Below are positions 36,595 to 46,087 of a stretch of DNA of 64,000 nt, piece after piece (position 1 is the first letter of the stretch; each line of letters begins with the position of its first letter). Made by a program: the position numbers and the translations under genes. The stretch comes from Alphaproteobacteria bacterium (lineage in GTDB: Bacteria > Pseudomonadota > Alphaproteobacteria > MPNO01): NCBI GenBank assembly GCA_964291675.2, contig OZ219865.1, positions 224,001 through 288,000 on the forward strand, read 5' to 3'. The notes below the pieces were generated by a model. The model was not told where the DNA came from. It saw only the letters and a list, made by a program, of their open reading frames with translations, and searched no databases.

Positions 36595-39500
36595 CTACCA
36601 CCGGATGCTGCTTCGGAGCATCACCCCATGCTCGGCCGGTTCGTCGGCGTTGGCGGCCTCGCGGCGGGTCGCGTCGAGATTGACCTCGAACCCGGGATCG
36701 CCCCGCACCGCCGAGGTCAGCCGCCAGCCCAGGCGATACTCGCGCGCCGTGTCCGACAGCCCGAACCCGACATGGGGCGTGCCGGTGAAGCGGTCGCCGA
36801 ACAACACCATGCCGTAGCCCATTTCCGCATCGAGCCGGCTCGACGGGTCCGTCTCGCCGTTCGCTGTCAGCCGCGACGACTCGGGAAGCGCCCACAGACG
36901 CTGCGAGCCGCCCGGATCGACGCCATAAGACGGCGTGAGCGACGCCGAGAGACCCCGCCCGGCGCCGCCCGGCACCAGCCGGACCTGCCCCGACACGCCC
37001 CATTCCTCGTAGCCCTGCTCGGCATGCATCGCCAGGCCGTGCACCCGAAGCGCCATGTCGAGACCCCGCGTCGGGTCCGCGTAGCCGAGACCGGCGCCGA
37101 ACTCCATGCCCGTCCCGGTCTCCGCGTCGCCCCCGTCCTGGCGCACACCGAGCTCGACGGAGGGGCTCAGTGTCGCCCCGCCCGCCAGCGCGAAGGTGCG
37201 CGAGCCGTCGAGCATCGCCCGCATCCGGCTCGCCTCGCCCTGCGCCGCCGCGAGGTTCCCCACGCCCGGCGCCGAGACCCGGTCCGACTCCGTGCGCACC
37301 CAGAACGCGTCCGCCTTCAGCGCCAGCGCGAAGCCGCCCGCCTCCGCCGGCGTCACCAGGTCGCCCCGCACGCCCGTCGCAGCAAGCGTCATCGTGAGAT
37401 CCGTGCGGTAGCGCTGCGCCACGCCGCCGTCGAGGTCGAGCGTCATCCGGCCCGTGCCGGTCCCCGCCATGCCCCACGCCGACACACGCTCGGTGAGCTT
37501 GAGCCGCGCATAGGGCAGCATCGTCGTCACCGTGCTCCCCATCGCGTAGCGCCACTCCCCGTCGCGCGCCGTGCCTTCGCCCACGCTGTGCATCATCGCG
37601 AACCCGGTCAGCAGACGGCCCCGCTCGTAGTCGAAGCCCATCGAGCCGGTCGCCGCCTCGCCGGTCAGCCCGAGGCCTTGCGCGCCGGCCGAGAACTGCG
37701 ACACAGACGCGCCCTGGCCCCAGCTCGTGAACTGCGACCCCGCGCCCGCCGGAAGCACCGCCCGGAACGACGTCCCCATCAACAGCTCGCGCTCCGTCAC
37801 CCGGCGTCCGCCTGCGGTCGTGGCCGGCTCGTTCCACATGCCGGACGTGCCGGGGCGCGCGAACGGGTCGCCTGCCTCGAACCCCGTTCCGGGGTCGTCC
37901 TGCGCCGCATTCGGCGCGCCGAACGCCTGCGCGAGACCCGTCAGCACGCCCGCCAGCACCTTCGCTCCGGCCTGCGATCCGTCGCCGGCCTGCGACAGGT
38001 TCACCCGCTCACCGAGCATCGTCAGGTGCGAGCCCGCCGCGCGCGGCGTCTCGAACCGCGCCGTCAGCGCCGCCACCGCGTCCGAGGCCACCGTGCGCCC
38101 GAAGCGCGACAGCCACATCGCCTGCAGCGGGTCCTCGTTGCGGATGACGCCCTTCGCCTTGCGGTGCATGTTGCGCAGGAACGCGCCCTGTGGATTGGAG
38201 AGCTTGAGGAGGAACGTCTCCTTCCCCTCGTCGATGGCGTCGTCGAGGATGGCGACGCTCACCGACTTCGCCGTCTCGCCCGGCGCGAAGGTCAGCGTGC
38301 CCGACGCGGCCGTGTAGTCCGCGCCCGCCTTCGCCGTGCCGTCGGCGGTCGTGTAGTCCACCGACACCGCTGCTGACGCCGCGCGGTTGAGCGTCACCGC
38401 GAAGTCCAGGGTCGCGTCCCGGCCCTCGCGCGCCGTGCCGCCCTTCAGCTGGATCTGCGCCGGGCCGCCGACAGTCGCGCTCGCCGCGTTCGACAGCACC
38501 TGCCCGCCGGACGCACACACCGCGCCCGTCTCGCCGCAGCCGCGACCGCCCGCCAGCGTCACCGTCACGTCTCTCCAAGAGGCGGGCTTCACCCGCACAC
38601 GCCAGAGGCCCGGCTCGACCCGCTGGACCCGTTTCACCTTGGCCTTGGACGCCCCGAACGACGCTACGGTCGGCGCCACGCCGTCGGCGCCCAGCGCCGT
38701 GCTGAACCGCACCAGGAACGAGAAGGCCGCCTTGCCGTCGTGCTGCGAAGGCATCCTCTCGAACGACGCCGTCAGCGGCGGCGGAGCCGGATCGTCGTTG
38801 TCCGTCACCGCCACCGTGGCTGCCCCTTGCGACGACGAGACCGTGTAGCCGCTGCCGGCCGTGACCGTCGCCGTCACCGACCCGTCCGGCTCGTCCGCAC
38901 CGTCATCGACGGTCGCCACCGTGAAGGTCGCCGTGCCGCCGGTCGGGACCGTCACCTGCCGCGTTCCCGCCGTCGCGTAACCGCCGGACTCCGTCACCGT
39001 CACATCGACCGTGAGCGCGGCCGCCGGAGCCGGACTCGCCGTGAGGGTGAAAGTCGCACTTCCGCCCTCGGTCACGCCCGCGCCCGCGGAAATGGAGACC
39101 TCCGGCGTGTCGGGCGTCACCTGTTCCTGGATGGTCACCGTATGTGTGCTGCTCTCGCCCACCGTGTATCCGGCGCTGTTGGTGGTGAGTTTCAGGACGA
39201 TGGTCTCACCGCTGTCGTCCACGTCGTCGTCGACGATCGTCACCGGGATGGTCGCGGTCGTCGCACCAGACGGTACCGATACTGAGCCGGACCCGAGACG
39301 ATAGTCAGCACCGTAGGTCGCAGTGCCGCTTCCTACCCCGCTGGACACGTTGGATACGTACACGTCAATGGGATAGGTGGGGGCCGCGGACAGGTTTATC
39401 GTCACGTTATGCGTGCCCGATTCCTCCTGCGCGCTCGATGCCTGCGATGCGAACGACGCCACAGGCGGGTCGTCATTGTCGAGGATTCTGGCAGTTACGT

Positions 39501-41826
39501 GTCTGTCAAAGCGACTGTTACTGGACCGCAACGTGCGAAACACGGCGTTCGTCGGATTCGACAGTTCCAGGTAGAGTTCCTCCGTGCCCTCGTACCCACT
39601 GTCATCCGTCGTCGACACGTTTACCGTCTTCTCGGTTTGGTGCGCCGCGAACGTCAGAGTTCCCGACGTCGCGACGTAGTCGACCCCGCTTGTCGCCGTA
39701 CCGCAGTTGTTACCGCTGAGGCATCGGATTCCTCGCGCTTGGTATTGGACCGTCACCGTCTGCTCAGTTGGGGCTGACAGGCGCACGGTAAACGTGACGG
39801 GTTTGCCTTCAACGGCGTCCGTTGATGCCTTCACCGCCACATACGGCGAGCCGTCGACATCGGTGTCGGCGTCAGTGATCGTGCCCGTCGCCGTCGCGTC
39901 GCCCAGCGTCGCGCGTATCGGGTTCGACAACGTCACCGTGAACGTTTTGTTCCCCTCATCCGAACGGTCGCGCCGCGTCGTCGGCACGTGCAGATACTTG
40001 AGTCTGTCACCCGGCTGAAATACCAGCGCACCAGCCCTGGGGGTAAAGTCCGCCCCACTCTGTGCGGTGCCGCTCGATGTCGTGTATTGGACCGAAACCT
40101 GCCGGTCGCTACGCTTCGACAGCGACACACGAAAGATCATCAAACCACCCGCGTCGACATTCGAATCCAGCTCCTGCCAGAATCCGACTGTCGGCAAGTC
40201 ACTCGGCGAAGGCGCCGGAGCTGTCCCGTCGTCGTCGTCAATGATGGTTCCCGTCCCCGTCGCGTCGCCCAGCGTCGCGTTTCTCGGGTTCGACAACCTC
40301 ATGGTAAATGTCTCATCCTCCTCGTCGATGTCGTCATCCGCTGTGACTACGCGCAAAGTGTACGAGGGGGGCCTCTGCTCAGTGCCGCCGCCGAAGGCCA
40401 ACTGCGTCGCCTCCGGTCTCTCGAAGTCGGAGAACGTCGCCGTGTCACCGGGTCCCACCTCCGGATTGAAATCAACGTATACCGTCCGGCCAGTGGGCGC
40501 CGACAGGGAAATTGTGAATTCGACCTTACCTCCCTCGGTCGCGCTCCCATCGGAAATGCTCACCGTCGGCGGAGGGTCGTCGTCGACGATTTTGCCTGTT
40601 CTCCTCAAATAGCCCCCCGACGAGTTTAGTCGCGCATTCGTCGGGTTCGACAGGCGCAGATAGAATAGCTCGTTCCATTCGTACGCCGAGTCGCTCGTTG
40701 TCGATACACGCACCGTCTTTCTTGTTTCGCCTGGGGCGAAACTCAGCGTTCCGGACGCCGCAGTGAAGTCTTTTCCGCTCTGCGCATTGCTTCTTACCCT
40801 GTCCGCGCCACTCTCGGTTGCGTATTGAACTGTCACCGGTCGATCGCTCGTTGCCGACAGAAATACCTCAAACGCAATCTCGTCTCCCTCCGCCACGTTG
40901 TTGCCGATCGCGTCCACCCTAGGGGTCTGAGCTGCCACCGCGTCGCTGTTGTTGGTGATCCGGCCCGTTGCTGTCGCGCTCCCGAGCGTCGGATGTGTCG
41001 AGCTCGACAATGTCAACGTGAACGTCTCGTCTCCCTCCTGCACGGTGTCGTGGGTCGTCGGTACGCGCACGACCTGCGAGTGCTCATGTGTGCGTTCCCC
41101 TCCATGCCAGAACACCAACGTGCCTGACGTCGCGAGGAAGTCCGTCCCGCTCGCGGCCGTCCCGCTCGAAGTCGCGTACTCGACCCTCACCGGTTGCCAC
41201 ACCGGTTGCGGGAACTGCCCTGATAGCGTGACGACGAAGTTCACTGCCTGGCCCTCCCGAGCCTCGGCGGGCGATACGCTCACCGTTAGCGGCGTGGCGG
41301 TGGTCCCCGAGTCCGCAACCGCCAGGGTAGGTGCAATCAGGAACGTTGCTGCGAGCAGCAACCCCGCGAGCCAAACAGGCCGTGGAATGAACATGCCGTT
41401 CGCTCCGCCGGTGCAGAAGAGTCGCAGCAGGCTGCACAGCGCGGATTGGCCGTGCTTCCGTCGCAGGGGGGACCGCGAACGAGCCTTTCGAGGATAGAAG
41501 AAGTCCGGTAGTGCAGGAGGCGACGACCGGCGGAACGGGCATAACGCGCCGAGCAGCAGTCCCAGGGCGGGGAGAAGGGAGAGACGGGCGCACCAGCGCC
41601 CGGGGCGTGGCTCAGGGCCGCACGGGGCGCCTGTCGAGGAAGCCGGCATTCGCGCGCCGGGCGGGCGCCGGACGCATGTCATGCCGCTGGGCCGCCGGGC
41701 AATTATACGCACGCGAGTCACGAGCTCGGCGAACAAGTCGGAGCCGCAGGTCGGCGCCTCCTTGGCAGGCAGTCCCGAACCCCTTCCCGAAGCGGTGGAC
41801 GACTTGCTTTCCAACACTCGCAACAT
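36595..41826 (-). CDS. large autotransporter adhesin with about 8 Calx-beta-like repeats
   Basis: Repeated DF/Y..SGTLTF and ETF.L.LSNP units; C-terminal beta-barrel ending GVMLRSSIRW. AGGAGGAG RBS sits 6 nt before ATG 41826; alternative start at 41394. Confidence 0.9.
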   Translation of the reverse strand: MLRVLESKSSTASGRGSGLPAKEAPTCGSDLFAELVTRVRIIARRPSGMTCVRRPPGARMPASSTGAPCGPEPRPGRWCARLSLLPALGLLLGALCPFRRSSPPALPDFFYPRKARSRSPLRRKHGQSALCSLLRLFCTGGANGMFIPRPVWLAGLLLAATFLIAPTLAVADSGTTATPLTVSVSPAEAREGQAVNFVVTLSGQFPQPVWQPVRVEYATSSGTAASGTDFLATSGTLVFWHGGERTHEHSQVVRVPTTHDTVQEGDETFTLTLSSSTHPTLGSATATGRITNNSDAVAAQTPRVDAIGNNVAEGDEIAFEVFLSATSDRPVTVQYATESGADRVRSNAQSGKDFTAASGTLSFAPGETRKTVRVSTTSDSAYEWNELFYLRLSNPTNARLNSSGGYLRRTGKIVDDDPPPTVSISDGSATEGGKVEFTISLSAPTGRTVYVDFNPEVGPGDTATFSDFERPEATQLAFGGGTEQRPPSYTLRVVTADDDIDEEDETFTMRLSNPRNATLGDATGTGTIIDDDDGTAPAPSPSDLPTVGFWQELDSNVDAGGLMIFRVSLSKRSDRQVSVQYTTSSGTAQSGADFTPRAGALVFQPGDRLKYLHVPTTRRDRSDEGNKTFTVTLSNPIRATLGDATATGTITDADTDVDGSPYVAVKASTDAVEGKPVTFTVRLSAPTEQTVTVQYQARGIRCLSGNNCGTATSGVDYVATSGTLTFAAHQTEKTVNVSTTDDSGYEGTEELYLELSNPTNAVFRTLRSSNSRFDRHVTARILDNDDPPVASFASQASSAQEESGTHNVTINLSAAPTYPIDVYVSNVSSGVGSGTATYGADYRLGSGSVSVPSGATTATIPVTIVDDDVDDSGETIVLKLTTNSAGYTVGESSTHTVTIQEQVTPDTPEVSISAGAGVTEGGSATFTLTASPAPAAALTVDVTVTESGGYATAGTRQVTVPTGGTATFTVATVDDGADEPDGSVTATVTAGSGYTVSSSQGAATVAVTDNDDPAPPPLTASFERMPSQHDGKAAFSFLVRFSTALGADGVAPTVASFGASKAKVKRVQRVEPGLWRVRVKPASWRDVTVTLAGGRGCGETGAVCASGGQVLSNAASATVGGPAQIQLKGGTAREGRDATLDFAVTLNRAASAAVSVDYTTADGTAKAGADYTAASGTLTFAPGETAKSVSVAILDDAIDEGKETFLLKLSNPQGAFLRNMHRKAKGVIRNEDPLQAMWLSRFGRTVASDAVAALTARFETPRAAGSHLTMLGERVNLSQAGDGSQAGAKVLAGVLTGLAQAFGAPNAAQDDPGTGFEAGDPFARPGTSGMWNEPATTAGGRRVTERELLMGTSFRAVLPAGAGSQFTSWGQGASVSQFSAGAQGLGLTGEAATGSMGFDYERGRLLTGFAMMHSVGEGTARDGEWRYAMGSTVTTMLPYARLKLTERVSAWGMAGTGTGRMTLDLDGGVAQRYRTDLTMTLAATGVRGDLVTPAEAGGFALALKADAFWVRTESDRVSAPGVGNLAAAQGEASRMRAMLDGSRTFALAGGATLSPSVELGVRQDGGDAETGTGMEFGAGLGYADPTRGLDMALRVHGLAMHAEQGYEEWGVSGQVRLVPGGAGRGLSASLTPSYGVDPGGSQRLWALPESSRLTANGETDPSSRLDAEMGYGMVLFGDRFTGTPHVGFGLSDTAREYRLGWRLTSAVRGDPGFEVNLDATRREAANADEPAEHGVMLRSSIRW

Positions 41827-41840
41827 CGCTGGCTCCTCCT

Positions 41841-41876
41841 GATTACGCGCGATAACTGTCGCTATCGCGCGTAATC
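41841..41876. repeat. loxP-like recombination site A (14-8-14)
   Basis: GATTACGCGCGATA-ACTGTCGC-TATCGCGCGTAATC: perfect inverted arms around an asymmetric spacer. Confidence 0.88.
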
Positions 41877-41912
41877 CGCCGGCTCGTGATTGGACGATCC
41901 GGAGGCCCGCGT

Positions 41913-42896
41913 ATGTATCTCGAACCCCCGTTCGACCCCTGCGAGGGGCCGGGTACGGAACGACAGGCAGTGCTCGCCGAGCAGCTCGGACAGTTCGTCC
42001 GGGCGGCGAGCGGCGCGTTCTCCAGCAACACCGAGCGGGCGCTGAAGTCCGATCTCGCCATCTACGCCGAGTGGTGCGCCGAGCAGGGGGAACGGGCGCT
42101 GCCGGCCATACCCGAGACCGTCGCCGCCTTCGTCGACGCCATGGCGGAGGTGAAGGCGCCGGCCACGGTGCGCCGCTACGTCACCAGCCTGGTCATCGCC
42201 CACAGGGCGCTCGGGCTGGAGAAGACGATCAAGAGCCCGCCCGTGCAGCTGGCGCTCAAGCGCATGCACCGCAGGAAGGGCCGCCGCCAGGACCAGGCGA
42301 CGGGGCTGACATGGCCGCTGCGCCAGCGCCTGCTGGAAGCGGCGGGCGACCGGCTGATCGACGACCGCAACCGGGCGCTGCTCGCCGTCGCCTACGACGC
42401 GATGTTGCGCCGGACCGAGCTGGTGTCCCTGCAAGTCGCTGATCTGCTTGAGGAAGTGCAGGGCGACGGCAGCCTGCTGGTGCGCCGCTCAAAGACCGAC
42501 GGCGAGGGCAGGGGCGAGATCGCCTGGGTCGGCCCGGACACCGTCCGGCTGGTCTGCGCGTGGCTCCACCGGGCCGGGATCGGGGACGGCCGGCTGTTCC
42601 GCTCGGTCGGCAAGAGCGGGCGCATCGGCGAGCGGCTCCATCCCTGCCAGGTGCCGCGCATCTTCAAGGCGATGGCGCGCGCGGCCGGCCTGCCGGAGGC
42701 GGTGGCCGGGGGCCTCTCGGGGCACTCGGCCCGGGTCGGCGCCGCCCAGGACATGGTCGCCGCCGGGATCGAGCTGCCGGCGATCCTCCACGCCGGGCGG
42801 TGGAAGTCCACCGCGATGGTCAACCGCTACGGCGAACGGCTGCTGGCACGGCGCAGCGGGGCGGCGCAGCTGGCCCGGATGCAGAAGCGGGCTTGA
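41913..42896 (+). CDS. Cre-like tyrosine recombinase
   Basis: SSNTERA, RNRALL...YDAMLRRTEL, RRSKTD, SGHSARVGAAQDM, GRWKS and VNRY give a complete catalytic set of the Cre type. Confidence 0.93.
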   Translation: MYLEPPFDPCEGPGTERQAVLAEQLGQFVRAASGAFSSNTERALKSDLAIYAEWCAEQGERALPAIPETVAAFVDAMAEVKAPATVRRYVTSLVIAHRALGLEKTIKSPPVQLALKRMHRRKGRRQDQATGLTWPLRQRLLEAAGDRLIDDRNRALLAVAYDAMLRRTELVSLQVADLLEEVQGDGSLLVRRSKTDGEGRGEIAWVGPDTVRLVCAWLHRAGIGDGRLFRSVGKSGRIGERLHPCQVPRIFKAMARAAGLPEAVAGGLSGHSARVGAAQDMVAAGIELPAILHAGRWKSTAMVNRYGERLLARRSGAAQLARMQKRA

Positions 42897-43015
42897 GCGC
42901 GCCGGAGGGGGTGTATGGATATGGCCGTCGGGTTATGATGCCATATCCGTTGCGGTGCGATGCGGAGGCCCGGAACCGGCCTGCGCGCCGATCGGGCGCC
43001 AAATTCAGAAAATGC

Positions 43016-43029
43016 TATCGAGCGTAATA
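43016..43029. repeat. isolated recombinase half-site
   Basis: TATCGAGCGTAATA is the exact reverse complement of the left arm of site B. Confidence 0.7.
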
Positions 43030-43185
43030 ATTGGCGCGGTCGGCGGACCCGGCATCCGGCCGGCAGCCCCGCACGGTACCGGCCGATCCCGGAAAAGTCA
43101 CAGTAGTTCAACGGGTTGTCAGAGGTTCGACGCGCGATTCCGTACCCTGTCGCGGGTGCGGCGCGCCGCCGGCGCGAATATGGTA

Positions 43186-43214
43186 TTGACAATATTACGC
43201 TCGATAGCGACAGC
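43186..43214 (+). promoter_or_regulatory. candidate sigma70 promoter overlapping site B
   Basis: TTGACA at 43186-43191, a 17-nt spacer, then GACAGC, which would become GACAGT after inversion. Confidence 0.5.
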
Positions 43215-43228
43215 TATCGCGCGTAATC
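43193..43228. repeat. loxP-like recombination site B, inverted relative to site A
   Basis: TATTACGCTCGATA-GCGACAGC-TATCGCGCGTAATC; the spacer matches the reverse complement of the site A spacer (GCGACAGT) at 7 of 8 bases. Confidence 0.88.
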
Positions 43229-43900
43229 TGGAACCGGAGCGACCGGCTCCGCGCTGCCCGGACAGCCGCGCAAGAGATTGATATTACGCGCATTTTTGAT
43301 GCCGCAGGGGCCTTCCCGCCCCCGGGGATCGGTTCCGCAGCCCGATATCCCTGATATCGTGCACCTGGGACGTTCATCGCCCGGTTCCCCGCGTCTCGAC
43401 AGGGGCGCATCCTCGAAGGATGCGATGCGGAATCAGGTGGGCACGCGGTCCCCCGGCGGCCATTTGCATTTTCCAATGGCGCCGATCGGCGACGCTTATC
43501 GGCGACCGCGGCCGCGAAGGAGACCGGACCCCGCCTTCTCCCTTCTACGCCTGTCCTCATTAGCGAACCGGGACCCGCAGTGATAATGCCGGTCGCCGGA
43601 ACATTCATGCGCCGGCGGCATGCCCCGAAGCCGGCGTGGATCGGCGAGCGCCATCGCCGGACGAGGACGATGGCGCCGGCATGTCGAGGGTCGTTCGCCG
43701 ATCGGGAGGCGAGACCCCGCGGCGCGTCCCGCCGGGGCTCTCCCGCATGGCTGTTCAACGTCCCGAGTTCCCGCACTGCGCACCCCCGAAGCCGCGCCCG
43801 CGCCGTCGACGCGAGACCGGACTGTATGGCGCCGCCGGCGATTGCGCGTCCCCAAGCTGGGGGAAATCGGGAGAAATCATGTTGCCTACCGGCGAATTGC

Positions 43901-44100
43901 ATGAAGACGAATGCCTTCAGTGCCGCGACGCCGTGGATGCAGGCCGTCGTCGCACCCGCCCTCCTCGAGGTCGAGCTCAGGCTTTGCACCGCGGACTGGC
44001 GCGAGAGCGTCCGCCTGCTCGCCGACGGCCGCAGCGATCTCCATTGCCGCGGCGTCGACACCGGCGAGGCCCTTCCGGCCCACCTCTCTTCCTCGAAGCG
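43901..44100 (+). pseudogene. LysR substrate-binding domain remnant
   Basis: PWMQAVVAPAL..VELRL....ESVRLLADGRSDLHC.GVD with apparent internal deletions and no HTH. Confidence 0.4.
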
Positions 44101-44659
44101 ACCGGGCCCGTCAAGGATCACGCCGCTCGGCCCAACTCCGGGGCGCGTCAGACCGCGGGACCCGCAGTGGCGGGGTCAGTGGGTTTGGCGCAATTCGCTA
44201 TCGGCCGGATACCGCTCCACCGCTTTGCTGCCCGTGGCGGCCCGGCCATCATCTCCGCGCGCTGAAATGGCGTTCCAGCGCCATACGCCGCCCGCCCCGG
44301 TCCCAGTGTTGAAAATTTCTGGATTCGATTTGATGACCGCGCTCCGCGTTCATCCCTCCGGCGCCCGAGCCACCAAGGCAATCCGCAAACCATCGAGACA
44401 CCCAAAGATTCGGGAAAACCGTCAGCCCGCTGCGATCCGCCGCGAGACGGCACACGACAACCGCCCCGGCTTTGCGGCCGGGACACAAGGTGAGGGCCGA
44501 TCCGGGCGTCTTGGCAGGCCGTCGCCAGGCATGGAAGAGGGTACCTCGGAGAGGTTTACGGTGGCCAAGCGGGCATGCCGAACGGGCATCGGCGGTCTAC
44601 CGACACTGGTGCGGTGGTCTACTGGCTCGGCGGCGTCAGGGCGCCTGACCCTCGAAGAC

Positions 44660-44860
44660 GGCATCTACGGGCGGACACTCGAAGTGCGCAACGCCATCGT
44701 GTCGGTGATGTCGGCGGCGGACGACTGCTCGCAGGTGACCAATGCGCATCTGGCAGCGGTCTCCGGGACGCTGGTGGTCAGCCACCTGACCTCGATCCGG
44801 GCCGGGGACTTCGCCGGACACTCGGGGAATACCGAGTTGACGCTGGGCGCAATCCCGGGT
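44660..44860 (+). pseudogene. remnant of a leucine-rich-repeat surface protein N-cap
   Basis: GIYGRTLEVRNAIV...DDCSQVTNAHLAAVSGTL...LTSIRAGDFAG resembles bacterial LRR caps; no start or continuation seen. Confidence 0.45.
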
Positions 44861-45183
44861 GGCGTTCTTGCTCAGCACCGGGTAAGAAAAAGAATACACT
44901 GGACGCCTTACCGGGAACTAGGCAACAGATCATCCTCTCCTCCCTACGAACCACTGGCCCCAGGCGCTACGTCCGCCAACCTTGGCGGTTTCCAGCCGCC
45001 TCAAACTTGCTTTCTCAACGTTACCGGTCGCTGGAACCACGAATTATGGCTTCAGGCATTGTGAAACTCTTGGGGCGCCTCTTCTGAGACTGTTGGGGGT
45101 CCCCCGATTCGAGGACCACGACCGTGACGTAGAAACAAAACCATCACCGGTTGGACATCCCTAAACAAATCGGACCATCCGTA

Positions 45184-45768
45184 ATGACAAACTCATCACC
45201 CAGACCGTCTCGGAACTCCAGCAATATTATTTCCTTTCTTGCCGCCATGATAGCGATTATTTTCGCCATTGTTGGTGCAGTCACCGGTTTTCTTGTAAAA
45301 GAGCAAGAATCTTCTCAAGTATTGACTATCGAAGAGTTCCAGGACCTGAGGTCAGCTATTGATGGCAATGAGAAAGGAATTCGTGCACTTGAAGAACAGT
45401 TCCGTGCAGCCATAGAGGCCTCACAGATACAGGAAGGTGAACCCAACATTTCCGTACTATCAAATGATGTGTCGCGACTCAGGGATAGAATGAAAAAGAT
45501 TGAAAGTTGGGTCGTCTTGGAACCTGAGCAAGCTGTTGCCATACCATTGCTGAAGAAAGAGATAGAAGAGATGAAGAGTTCCATGAATAGTCATCTCAAT
45601 AATACTAGCCGTGAAATTGATCGCATCTATACCATTGGCCAATGGTTTATCGGAACTCTCATAGCGGTGATAGTCGCATTAGTTGCTCCATTCATCGGCA
45701 ATTTAATAACATCAAGAAAACAACGAGCAGAGGAACCGAGAAATCAGACCCACCCCGACTCAAATTGA
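45184..45768 (+). CDS. low-GC membrane protein (TM, coiled coil, TM)
   Basis: Hydrophobic IISFLAAMIAIIFAIVGAV and WFIGTLIAVIVALVAPFI segments flank a heptad-like region. Confidence 0.75.
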   Translation: MTNSSPRPSRNSSNIISFLAAMIAIIFAIVGAVTGFLVKEQESSQVLTIEEFQDLRSAIDGNEKGIRALEEQFRAAIEASQIQEGEPNISVLSNDVSRLRDRMKKIESWVVLEPEQAVAIPLLKKEIEEMKSSMNSHLNNTSREIDRIYTIGQWFIGTLIAVIVALVAPFIGNLITSRKQRAEEPRNQTHPDSN

Positions 45769-46087
45769 ATAAAAAACATCAATCGTAAGAAGAAATGTCG
45801 TCTTCGTCGGATGTTGGGTCAACAGGTCCGAGACAATCCCAGGGTCGTTCTTCTAGCGACTGTATCTATTTGGCAATCGCCCGGTGATGTTACTTTTAGC
45901 GACTTCACTTTGAGAATACCTTACCCTCTGTTCGACTTGAAGCAGTAGATTGCTCCACGAATGAACTTAGTCCTCAACTCCTACTCGTCGCCAATACCAT
46001 CACAATCATCGTGATTATCCGGAGCTCGGCAACCATGTAGTCCTTATGGTGAGTGCCACGTGCATCACTCTTACCGTCGGAATCTGG

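Noticed and set aside
41841-43228. The lox-like sites as att or dimer-resolution sites of the element
   Set aside because: The spacers are inverted and only 1.35 kb apart, which predicts inversion rather than excision. A single-site resolution role cannot be fully excluded.
43195-45087. Long ORFs 43580-45064 (+) and 43195-44121 (-) as intact genes
   Set aside because: A patchwork of LysR and LRR remnants with non-coding-like sequence, lacking an RBS and coherent domains.
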